Assembly (NCBI RefSeq): GCF_018977255.1
Contig: NW_024704742.1
Coordinates: forward strand, 93,002,001-93,066,000
Length of the DNA: 64,000 nt
Origin: Callorhinchus milii
Lineage: Eukaryota
Direction: 5' to 3'
Below, one piece after another: positions 1 through 11,795 of this stretch. Below the pieces are notes generated by a model, which had not been told where the DNA came from, did not search any database, and worked only from the letters and a program-made list of their open reading frames with translations. The translations under genes were made by a program, and so were the position numbers. Position 1 is the first letter of the stretch; each line of letters starts with the position of its first letter.

Positions 1-1389
1 AGTGCAAATGCAAGGATTATTAACCCTCACGTGTTCTAGTGATTGTCTGAACTCAGGATGGACGGGTCCTAAGATCATATTCCTCACCACTACTTTGTGG
101 TTTCTGACCCCCCCTTGACCTGTAAGGGGAAACATACAGCTCATGTCACAAAAACAGTTTTGAATACATTTCCAGAAACATTTCACAATAAACAGGAGGC
201 AAATATGTGCAAATCTTGCCCAATTATTCAATTTGGCCTCTAGCTGAATAAACTATTTATTTAAAAAAATGTTTGCAGCAAATCATATTTCATTGCTGAG
301 AGATTTAGATTGTACTGAGCTTCTTGCTGAAAGTCTCTCTGCTGGTTGCTTGTTTTGCTGTTGTTTCTGTGCTTTATTTTGGCTACGGACTTTGTGTCAC
401 AATCCACAGCTGGATTAGTGGATACTGGCAGTTACCAGACTTATTCGGCTTGTTCAGCAACAGCTTGAACTTCCATAATACCTTTCACAAAAGAGAATAT
501 CTCACAGCACTTTGCAGAGATGGAGTAGGAACTAAAGCAAGGAGGGAGATAATAGACAGACACTTAAGGTGGCTGAAGGCACAGTCAAAGACAGAGGTTT
601 TTTTTGGATGAGTTTGAAAGCAGACAGGGTGAGGTGGAGGGAGTCAGGGAGAAAGTTCCAGGAGGCAAAGTGCCTGGAAACTCACCCAACGAATCCTGTA
701 AAAATGGATGCGAGAATTATCGAAGGTGTTTCCTCACTAGTTCCTGAGAAGGTGCTAAAGGCAATGACTTGGTATCCTTGTGCCAGGTGTGGAGTAAAAC
801 GTATATGTGACTCGCCCCTGGGAGAGATTTGCAAGCACGCCCTAGAACTGGTACACTTGACTGCTGTGAATTATCTGCAACTGGAACTGGGGATTTTATA
901 ACAGCAAAAATTGTCTATGCCAGTCAAACCTTCACTTGAGAAATAAATGTAACTCCTGCCTGCTAGACCCTAGCCTGACACATGATCACATGTGTTGTGC
1001 TCATTTTCCTTCTTGCTCGTGAATTAAGTGGTAAATCATCCCTGCAATCACTTCCACTCCCAGCTCGAGCCTGTTCTTGTATGCTAATCTTCGCAAGCTA
1101 AAGTGCAAGTTAGAGCTAGTGGTGTGCTTCACATGGCTCTGCTCCCAGCCCAACCCCACTCAATACTGCACATGTCTGTCAATATTTTGTGGTACATGTA
1201 TGACAATTATTGGAAGAATAATCCCAATTAACAATATTAGGATTTTTTTCAGCATTAGATTTTACAAATGGAAAAGTAGGATTTTATGAAGCTTTACTTT
1301 CTATATTGTAATTATAATAATCTTTGATGCTGCACCTTTCACCTCAGTGTATTCACTGTACTTTTTCAATGTATTGGCAAATGTATTAA

Positions 1390-1710
1390 TCATCTTGCTC
1401 ACAGCAATGTCCCATAACCAACCATGAAGTAATTTTTTTTTGTGTGGGTGATTGTTGGCCAGGACAGCGGGAGAAACTCCCTTCTCTATTTGAATAATGC
1501 TATGGAATCTTTAATGTCAACCTGAACAACAGGCTTATGGGAACTTATTCCAACATCTCATCTGAAGGACAGTACCTCTGATAATGCAACCCCCACCCCC
1601 CCACCACCACCATACTGCATTGGAGTGCAAGCATGGACTGTATCACAATATGGGGCATAACCTTCTGACTCAGAGACAAGCGTGCTACCAACTAATCCAG
1701 GCTGACACCC
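1390..1710 (-). mobile_element. Deu-domain SINE, decayed
   Basis: Homologous to 19025-19445. Confidence 0.75.
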
Positions 1711-4700
1711 TGCATTTATAGGTCAGATCCTATAAGCTGCTTGATCTACACATGCCACTGCAATGTCCCAGGCCACTGACTATTCCTATGGAATTGGCCT
1801 TGTTTACAATCCTGGAGGGAAGCCACAACAGAGAACAATACAACAGGTCTTTGTAACTTCAAAGGAAAAGGATTTCAGAAAGCAATTAAATAGGCTCCTG
1901 GAAAGGATTCTGGTTTATTAAATAACAAGGCAGCTGTGTTGAAGGAAGCTTTTAGGAAGTCGTATTGGTGGTTGGGTGAACCAATCGTCTACTCAAACCT
2001 GAACCTGTTACTGTTGTATCATGGGGTCTGGCATGATCCTAAACTCAATGTTAAAACCAAAATTCATTACAATACAATGTACTTTTATGCAATGCCTTTC
2101 ATGTTGAAAGGACGTCCCAAGGTGCTTAATAATACTGACTTCTCCACAGGGAGAGGAAAGATGACCAAAAGCGCAATCAATGAGGTAGGTCTTGGAAAGG
2201 ACCTTTTTTTGCACCACAAAAGAGGAAACTGATTAAATTAAGTTACTTTTTGCTCCTCGTGAGGGGATAATCTGCCTCTAGGAAGGTAGATTCAAGTAGG
2301 GTCAGGTCATGGGGAGTATCAAAAATGGTGGTGGAGCACAAAGACTGTATTGAGAAAAGAAGTCATTGATGACAGGGTATCCTTAAAATAGGATACAGCA
2401 AGCTATTTATTTTAGGGTGTCTAATATTTTTCCAATCTTCTCCCCAGTGCCACTCTGATCTTGGTCTGGCCTGCTCTTGCTGGGGTTAAGTTTCATAGGC
2501 TCTGATTGTCCTCCGGTGCCCCACACAAGTGATCATTGATCGTGGCTGACTGTCGCAGGTCACTCGACTTCAGAGGGCGTTACAGCCGATCCTGACTTCT
2601 CCACTGCGCACGTGAGTAGTGGATGCTAAAGATGGACTAGGAGAAGGAACCCAGACAATTTTACTCTTCCCCAGTGAGACTGGCAAGCTCAGCAGGGACC
2701 AGAATTTAAACAAGTGAACTTCTGGTCTATAAACTGCAGCTCTGCGATGTTTCCTAACCTGATTCCTTGAACACAAGGAATGCATTACGAGACACTACAA
2801 ATTTTAGCCCATTAGTATTCAGAAAGTTCTTGTTTTCCATCACCCAAAGAGTGAAAACTTAGGTGATCTGGATAAACATCCCGTATTGATGGAAACCAGC
2901 TGGCAGGCTAAGTTGCATTAGTTCACTTTGCTTGTTTGGATAACAGAGTCTTCGCTTTGCTTCTTTACTGTTTATTTTCACTTGAATGTTTAAGGATCAT
3001 GAGTGAAATGAATCACTGGCATTCTCCGCTTGATGTAAGTTGCCTGGTGTGAATGCTCCATGCAGAAGGTCACCTCATGCTCACAGCTAGGAGTAAGAAA
3101 GGCATTGACAGAAGTGCCACTGATTGCAGAGCAACCCCCTCCCACCCCCACACCTACTCCAAATTCAGAATGAGAACAGTTACTAATACAGAGCAAGATA
3201 CAGGAGTCTAAAATGCAGGAGTGACAGGATTTGAGAAAAGATTTGCAAGGATTGAATTCTGCAGGCAACTGGATGTTCAGGTGGAAGCTGTTTTTTGGGG
3301 CAATCTCCTTCCGCGTGGCACTGTGTCATGTGCGTTCATATAGAACCAGAGAAATTTATAGCACAGAAGAAGGTCATTTGGCCCCATCATGTCTTTGCTG
3401 GCCTTTTTAAAGAACAATCTTTTCAGTCCCGTTTACTTTCCTTTGCCCCATACACTCATAGTTTACTCCTTTTCAGCTATCTATCTAGTTCCCTTTTGAA
3501 AGCTAATATGGATTCTGACTCACAGTGGTGCATTCCGTATCTTAACTACTCTGTGTGTGAAAAATATTCTCCTAATCTCTCCATTTACTTGTTTGCTAAC
3601 TGACTGAAGTTAATGCCTTCTAGTCACTGAATCACTGAATGGAGAGGTGAGAGCTAGAGTTAGTTATAACACACAAATTAGTCTCATAGTTGTCTATAAT
3701 ATTACCTAGATCTTCTGTAGTTATTCTGCTTCTACTGCTTCAAGTTCTAAAAAGTGTCAAACCCAAAGTAAACAGGTCAATTGAGAGTTATTGCTCTGTC
3801 AGCATTGCATGACTCGTAAAGTGGCCAGTGCTCATAAAACAGCCGTTTCCCTCAGTTGGTAAAACACTTATTTATCCTCCATAAATAGCATCCTTCTCGA
3901 CTCTAACAAATAAAATTCGGAAAGGGCAATAAACTCAACAAATTAATTTTGCTACTTAAAAACTGCAATAAGTTTGCCAGGGACGTACTGGGCAAAGGCT
4001 ATGTATTTGCAGATTAATGATAATAATCCTTGCGTTTGATATAGCACCTTATCGTGTTATTCAGACATCTCAAAGCACTTCACAGGGTATATTGTAAAGT
4101 GGATTTGACTGTATTTTGTGGGCAAAATTCAGCACCAATTGCACATAGCAGTGTTCCACAAACAGTCATGTTTATGTCTTGTTTTTTTATTACTAGAATA
4201 TATAATTTTAAAAAAGTATATATTATATAATATATAAAATACAAAATATACAATAAAAGACATATATATCTGCCTCAGTCGGGGTCCAGCCTGACCTTTT
4301 CCCACACAGTGTCTCTCGCCACAATGGGCCATAGTACCATGGTACTCTAAAGCATATGTATGTGTAACAGGGGTCACACAGTTTTGCCAACTGATTCACT
4401 CAGCACTTAGCGAGTTGGTCTTCTCATTGCTGGGTTTGGAGAGAGCGTGTGGGTGTGCATCATAAGCAGTTACATACAACAACAATGTTATGCCATTACG
4501 AGATTCTCCAATCATTACAGTCACATGAAGTTACGGCAACACAAGTCCAATGACGTACTTCAGTTGCTATGATTTCCACTCAATTAATAACAGTTTGTTA
4601 AGTGTGTGAATCAATGGCTGAGCCTCCGGCTACACAGTCTAGGCTGATAATCTAGTGGGGGTGTGCTGCATTGTTGGACCTCCTGTCCTTCAGATAAGAT

Positions 4701-4897
4701 GTTAAACTGAACATCTGTTCAGGTGAAAGTAAAAGTTCGCAATGTGCTGAGAGCAAATTTCTCTGGGTGGCTACATTGATCTAATGGTGGGCATAAATAC
4801 TCATTCTGACATTTTTACAATCCAAAATGTTCAGGAAGACAAGAGATTTAGTTCTCTTGTTGCACCTTAACTGCTTACTTCTTCCCCTTGAAGAAAT

Positions 4898-5210
4898 GGA
4901 GTCCTGTAGTTCAGTGGTTAGAGCACTCGCTTTGCAAGTGAGAGACCTGAGTTCAATTCCAGACAGGGCGAAACCTTGGGCAAGTTTCCTTACTCCACAC
5001 GCCTAATAATAATCCCTCCAAAACCAAAAACAATAATAAATTGGTCATTTTCAATCTACGACTGTTTGTGGGACATTGCTGTGCGCAATTGGCTGCCGCG
5101 TTCGCCCACAAATATACAGTCAATTCACTTTACAGTATATTCTGTGAAGCGCTTTGGGACGTCCTCCCGATGTGAAAAGCGCTATATCAAATGCAAGGAT
5201 TATTATTATT
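4898..5210 (+). mobile_element. Young full-length tRNA(Ala)-derived SINE with L2-type tail
   Basis: Pol III A/B boxes, anticodon arm CTCGC-TTTGCAA-GTGAG, 3' stem-loop and (ATT)n tail. Nearly identical to copies at 32411 and 40739. Confidence 0.93.
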
Positions 5211-7254
5211 AAATGAGTCACAGATATGTTGACTCAGAAGTTGCAAAATACACAAAGTTTTGTCCATAAATAAACATTTAAGACTTTTTTCTAGTAACGA
5301 AACCTGACTCATTGGAACTCTGCTGGCTCTAGCAAAAGCAACAACAAACTGCATTAATAAAGCACCTTTCACATTACATAAAATATTTGATCAAAAAAAA
5401 CCTTAAGAAAACTTGAAATCAAAAAAAGGCTGTTTAAATCCACTGCTCTGTTGGTGGAAAATATGCTTTTGATCTTTTATCTCACTTGAAGCTGAGTGAT
5501 TTTACATTTTTAGCCATTAATTCCACACTTACAGACCAAGTTAAATAAAAAACCCTCACATCTGCTTTCGAGTCCTTTTGTTAAAAAAAAAGTCATAACA
5601 TTAGGATGTATATTTTAAGTATTCTGTTTGAATTTGAAGCGCTGGAGTCTTGAGGCATTTCCTGCTGCTGTGTGTGGGTTTGAAGTGAATGCCCTGAGGG
5701 ATGAAGCCCTAGTTTTTTTATGTGAAGCTGTCATCTCTGTGCTTTTCCCCTGCCCATCTTTGCCTCAGCTGGGGTCCAGCGCTTTTCCCCACACAGTGCC
5801 CACACTGGGCCATAGTCCCATGCATGTGTAACAGGGGTCACACGGTTTTGCCGGCTGATTCATTCACCCCTGGCCCCAGTTATTAGTGAAATACCTGAAA
5901 ACACAATGCGAGAGTAATACTGTTACAGTCATGAACATTTTAAAAAATTCTTTTTGTTAATCCCTGGCCTCCACAACAAAGGTACCATTCGCCTACAAAA
6001 CATACTTCACTATAAATCCTGCAAAACACTTTTAAGACATTTTGATGACATGATCACTATATCAAATGCAAAGATTATTATTTAATGGTCACAACATTAA
6101 AGATAAGGTGGTGGAGTAGATAGAAGGATGACAGAGGGACAGAGTGCAGAGAATAGAAATCATTAGGGATTTCAGATTGAGAGCATGTACACTCGAGGGT
6201 CTGCACTGGGACTGTTGTTTTTCTTACAATATATGTTAATGCTATGGAATCGACATGGAGAGAGGGGTTTGTCCACATTTGCGCAAGCTGCTAAATTGAG
6301 TGGATTGAAAAATCGTAAGAATGATTGCATAAGACTTCAGGATTGAACTGCCAGATAAAAAGGTCAAACAAGTATCTGATGTAGCTTAATGCTAATGGAT
6401 GCAAAGAGAATAGAATTATAGCCCAACAGTTCAAATTAAATGGAACTCGGGAGCAAATGGATTTGGGAGTACAGAGTGTACAAATGAGATGTTAGACCTA
6501 GGTCCTGCCTGCCTGTTCATATAGACATCAAAGGACCCAATGACACTAATCAAAAAGAGTTCCTCCCTGTGTCTTGCCAACAATCCTCTAAATAATATTG
6601 GACATTAATTTCATGGCTGTTTGTAGGACATTGCTGTTTGCAATTGTGCTGCCGTGTTTGCCTACAAATACAAGTCACTCCATTTCATAGTAAATCCTAA
6701 TAAGTGCTTTGAGATGTCCTTCTGATATACGGTGCTATACCAAATGCAAGGATTATTATTGTTTGTTGTATAACATCTCTTTAAGTGCCATTCCCTGGCC
6801 AACAGGAATGGTAGGCGACCCTTGGCTCTGCAACAGGCTGCTTGAAGCTGACCCCGACCAGTTCAGGGTTCTTTTTGGTCCTTCCGATTTTCAAACTCTC
6901 TCGAGATGGGGGTTGGGGGGTGGGGAGTTGCTTTTCTTGGCCTGGATAAGATCAGGAAGTGCGGAGGTTTGCAAGCCACTGTGGGAAATCGGAACACAGA
7001 GAATTTCCAAACTGGCCTTTACTTTTGTAAACACAGATGCTGTATTGAACAGAAGCTATGGCGTAAATATCACTTATATGTGTACTAGAATTCCAAGGGG
7101 CGAGCATCCGGATCAATGTAGTTTTCCCAACCATGTAACATTGATGAAACAGTGTGTTTTGCTGGTGTGGCTGTAAGTTCACAGTTTCTGATATATTTAA
7201 TTGCCTACGTTTCAGGTTAACTCATTTGACAGCATATGCACATGTGCTCGCAAA

Positions 7255-7600
7255 TGACTTGTAGGTTCAAAGTCTGTGATTTGTGGGATTTGAGCTTATA
7301 GTCCACAGCTGACATTCTAGTACAGTCCTGGAGATCACTGCGTTGTCCGAGGTGCCATTCTTCAGGTGAGATGTTAAACCCGAGTGCTGTTTGCCTGCCT
7401 TCAGGTGGATATTAAAGATTTAAAACCTCGAAGGAAGTTTCTCCTGTGTGTTCCAGCTAACAATCCTCCAGATACTCATTCATCTCATGGTTGTTTATAA
7501 GACATTTTGTTGTGAGCAAAATGACTACTATGTTTGGCTACACTTGACAGTAATTACTGTAAAATATCTTGAAGTGATAAGGTATTACAAAGGGGCAAGG
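7255..7600 (+). mobile_element. Deu-domain SINE, decayed
   Basis: gaggtgccattcttcaggtgagatgttaaacccgag...tcaggtggatattaaagat. Confidence 0.75.
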
Positions 7601-7861
7601 TTTTTTTTGCTTAGATTTTATGCACCTATTTCCCCTTTTTGCCCTTAGCCATTTTTCCTTCTGGATCGCTGACCTACCCCATACGTTTACCCCATTTGTA
7701 TACTACAACTTACATTTATACAGAGCCCTTCATGCAGGGCAGCATTTCAGAACGCTTAAAATACCATTGGGTATGAATTGCCAAACGCTGACTGTCTTTC
7801 CATGACTGAATTAAAACAGGTCCAGTGCCCAAATGTATTCTACCTCATAAGACATGAATAT

Positions 7862-8265
7862 AATAATAATCCTACAGTTTGATATACAACCTGCAATGTT
7901 TCAAAACTTCCGTGATGTGTGCAGTGTACTTATAAATGAACATAGCAGCCCATTTGCTTACAACAATGACCCACAAACAGCCATGAAGTGAATGATCCGT
8001 TTTATATGGGGGATTTGTTGATTAAGACACTGGGAGAAATTCCCTATTTATTTTCAAATAGTGCAATGGGATCTTTTAACATTCATTCGATCAGGCAGAT
8101 GGGATCTCAGTTTAAGGCCATATCTGAAGCATGGTACCTGTGACAATACAATGCTCCTCCAGCACTATGTTACAGTGCCAGCCTAGACTATAAGTTCAAA
8201 GTTTCAATGTGGGGCTTGAACTCGCATCTTTCTGACCCAGAGGTGAGAGTGAGCCAGGCTGACGC
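7862..8265 (-). mobile_element. Deu-domain SINE, decayed
   Basis: Homologous to 19025-19445, in inverted orientation to the 7255 copy. Confidence 0.78.
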
Positions 8266-8605
8266 CATATTATTACACTTAATTATGCTCTCAGTCTCAT
8301 ATCATGTTCTGATTTCTTTATTGATGACATTACTTTTCCAGAACTACAGAAAAACAGCTTCCAAATTAACAATTTCAAATGAATGCACCTCAGCCTCTGT
8401 AATGTTACTCAACTCACACTACTCGACTTCACTTCACAGTAAATCTTGTGTAGCGCTTTGAGACCTCCTCTCAACTTGAAAGCAAATGCAAGGATGATTA
8501 TTTTAATCTTTCCCCTTCTCCCCTCTCGGCTTCCACCCTAACTCGGGTGCCCAGCCAAGCTCTTTGAGACATCCTCCAGTCTTGAAAGCCGCTATATAAA
8601 TGTAA

Positions 8606-8705
8606 AACAAAAACAGAAGTCACTGGGAACACTTAGCAGGTCAGGCAGCATCTAGGGAGAAAGGAAAGTGAGTCAACATTTCGGGTCCACGACCCTTCAT
8701 CAGAA
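8606..8705 (-). mobile_element. Penelope-like element terminal fragment with 16-bp TSD and hammerhead core
   Basis: aacaaaaacagaag..ctgggaacacttagcaggtcaggcagcatct resembles recalled shark Penelope termini. Flanked by cgctatataaatgtaa (8590-8605) and cgctatgtaaatgtaa (8706-8721). Confidence 0.75.
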
Positions 8706-8706
8706 C
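8672..8706 (-). ncRNA. Minimal type I hammerhead ribozyme motif (probably decayed)
   Basis: Minus strand reads gtt CTGATGA a gggtc-gtg-gaccc GAAA tgtt gac: both conserved core boxes around a perfect 5-bp stem II. Confidence 0.6.
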
Positions 8707-11361
8707 GCTATGTAAATGTAATTTGTTATTGTATATAAATGTCAACTGAATCATAATTGTAATATTTTAATTGTCTTGCATCCTGGTATGAATCATATGA
8801 CATATCACTTCAGTAGAGTCAAGGTTCATCCCAATACAGCAGAAGCCAATCCCATCGCACACTATATGTCAGGCAACTGCCGACACTCACCCTCTCCACA
8901 GTTATTTGCTTTCATCCGTTTCGCTCCCTAGTTAGATTCTTCAGCAGTACAACTACTTGCAAGTTAAATCGCCTGTAGAATGTCTTAGAATTGCATGTTA
9001 GAAAGTACAATACTTGGCACACTAGGCTCGAGTAAGTCAGTAATGTAACTTTATAAAACCTAAGAAAATATAGAATGAAGAAAGCCTTTCAGTCATTGAG
9101 CGACACTGCTTTAACATCCACCATCTGCACCTCCCATTACTGGGCAAGGTTCTGTAAAGAAACTCCCTGAATCCTGAGACATATATTCTCAACGTCTCTG
9201 AACAGGAGTTATTTATGTTGTTGCTATTGTTTTTCAAACCGAATTGGACATTACTGGATAGACATTATATTATCCATGTGGTATCGCATTATGGAATCTT
9301 GCGTTTTGACAGGAATTGATCCAAACCCATTTCCACTGGGACATATCCCTACTCTTCCCAAGGCAGAACCACAACAGCAGAAGAAGTCATTCTAAACTGA
9401 CCTGTACATGGTACCTTCATCCTAGGTATAATTGATTATCAGTTACAAAATCTTGGGTCTGTAGTTAATTATATTCCTTGCTGCTGTAAGAGGTTTTTTT
9501 GGAGGTTTTTTTTCAACTTTAAGACTTTTTATGACTTTGGGCTATCTCTGGGGATATCATTGACCTGTTTCTTCAATTACTTGTATTTTCCTTCCTGTTC
9601 CAGCCACAGCATATTTTAATTCATTCTTTGCTTCACATTCTTGGCTGGTGCAACATATTTCATGCCATTTAACAATAATCTTTACCAACGTTTCCCCATA
9701 TCTGCTGTGCCCTATAAATCATTTAACTGCACCAAAAAGTAATTCAGCAAAACAGTTCTGGTTTACACTGGAGTTGCGCATGACAATGTTTTGTGGTGAG
9801 TGGACTATTGTTAGAAACACTTTATTGATTTCACAGATCTCGTATAAAGTAACAAAGCACATATGGAACATAGGAAAACACAAACAGGAGGAGTCAATTC
9901 ACCCATCAAGCCTGATCCACCAGTTTATTAGATCTTGTCAGATTATTTTAGTCCTACTGCCCACACTTTCATTATACTCCTTAATACCTTCTCTTCCCTT
10001 GTATCTGTCTAGTCCCCTTTTAAACCATCCTCAGTTAAAACACGATGTTAAAGTAAACTGTGCAGTTAAACTTTCAGCAACTTAGGACATCCTCCTAATG
10101 TGAAAGGCGCTATATAAATGCAATTATTTGTTGTTGTTATTGTTTCATCCACAGAGATGTGAATCTTCAGGGGAGCGAGTTTGTAATCTTACTAAACTTC
10201 CGCTTCACAAAATTCATGGCCCCAAATCCCGAATCCCTGGAGGGCATCCTGGAGTGGAATTCCCGTAAACTGCCACCTGGAAGTTGCAATTATAGCTCAA
10301 ACAACTTGGAAAATCTCAAATCAGACTTCTATGAATTTTAAACTGTGAGCTTTCAATATTTGATTTTAGGCATTTTAAAAATTATTTTTTGTTCCAAACA
10401 CATAAGAATTCCTTCATAACAGTTACCTCAAGCTGCCAGCACTGTAGTGCTGCAAATTTAAATTGCCTTTCCTCTGCCCTCCCCATAAACAGACAATGGC
10501 TTAGCAAGCAAACATAATGAATGCAATGCCATTATGAAATTAAATAATATTCATTCCATATGCGATAGGGTTATTATGTCCTGTTCAAATTCTATACTTG
10601 TTGGTACCTTTGGCACATTTTCCAAGTTAATTGCAGAACCAAAGTGCATGCAGATTGAGAAACACCAAGGTCTTAAAGTTGAATTTTGCTAAAAAAATTT
10701 GGAATCAAAACTTCACAGGACATAATAGGATAAAAATTTCACCTACCTAGACAAAAGTAATAATAATAATACATGCATTTAATATAGCACCTTATCACAT
10801 AGTTGAGACGTCTCAAAGAGCTTCACAGAATGTATTGTAAATTGACTGCATATTTTGTGGGAGAAACGTGATTTTCAAAGCACAAACAAAGCACGCGTTG
10901 CATATAGGAAAACAGAGAGAGGAAGAGGCCAATCCACCCATCTTACTAATACACTAGTTTATTAGATTGTGGCAGATTTTTTTTTAAGCCCAATGCCTCG
11001 CCATACCTCTTAATACCTCTACTTCTTACCTTTAATTTCTTCCTGTTCTAGCATTTTCCTTAATTTCTGCCTAAAAACTTACCTCTTGCCTTCAGTATGC
11101 TCCCTCTCCACCTCGCTCCATGTTCAACAACAACAACAAATTACATTTGTACAGAACAGCCAATTGCAGCTTGGTATACAAAGGGCCCTCTGACTGGGTA
11201 ACTAACTTTCTTTTCCCCTTTGGTGGCTTGATGATACAATATCACAAATACCAAACTGGCCTCTCAAGCTGCTCAACATAGGTTCAAATTAATACTACCG
11301 ATCCCATATGCAAATATCACAAATTCCATCCCAATTACACTTCCTGACATGTTTGCAAGTA

Positions 11362-11795
11362 AATTGGTAGCACTCTCACCTCAGAGACAGAAGGTTATGG
11401 GTTTACACAGCAGGTCAGGACTTGAGCTCATAGATTACACTCCAGTGGAGACTGGAGGAGTGTTGCACTGCCAGATATGCTATCCATCGGATGAGACATT
11501 GACTCAACTTCTTGTCTGCCTGTGTTAAGATGGATGTTAAATAACCCGTGAAATTATTTGAAAAGAGAAGGACATTTCTTCCAGTGTCCTGGCCAACAAT
11601 CTTTCAGATAAATAGCTATTTGGAGGACTTTAGTATTTGCAAAATGGAGATTGCATATGAATACCAAATACAGCTATATCAAATGCAAGGGTTATTATTA
11701 TTATTATTAGAGGTATTACTCTTGACATTAATTCCAGTAAAGCGTTTTGAGGCATTTTAACTTATAACACACTATAAAAATGCAACTTCTTTCTT
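11362..11795 (+). mobile_element. Deu-domain SINE, decayed
   Basis: ttggtagcactctcacctcagagacagaaggttatgggtt head, Deu core and tail. Confidence 0.78.

Noticed and set aside
324..611. Hydrophobic ORF resembling GPCR TM6-TM7 (..LFGLFSNSLN)
   Set aside because: The SNSLNF part and everything after it is an antisense L2 tail, there is an in-frame stop at 306, and T-richness explains the hydrophobicity.
4898..4970. tRNA-Ala(TGC) gene
   Set aside because: It is a SINE head: the acceptor stem is not intact and it continues into SINE body in every copy.
4976..5212. Recurrent ORF family MGKFPYST...CKDYYY
   Set aside because: Translation of SINE copies, not a gene family.
5864..5910. Minus-strand YFTNNWGQG resembling an Ig/TCR J segment, with a cattgtg heptamer
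   Set aside because: A stop follows immediately, there is no TxxTV or donor, and no nonamer lies at 12/23 spacing.
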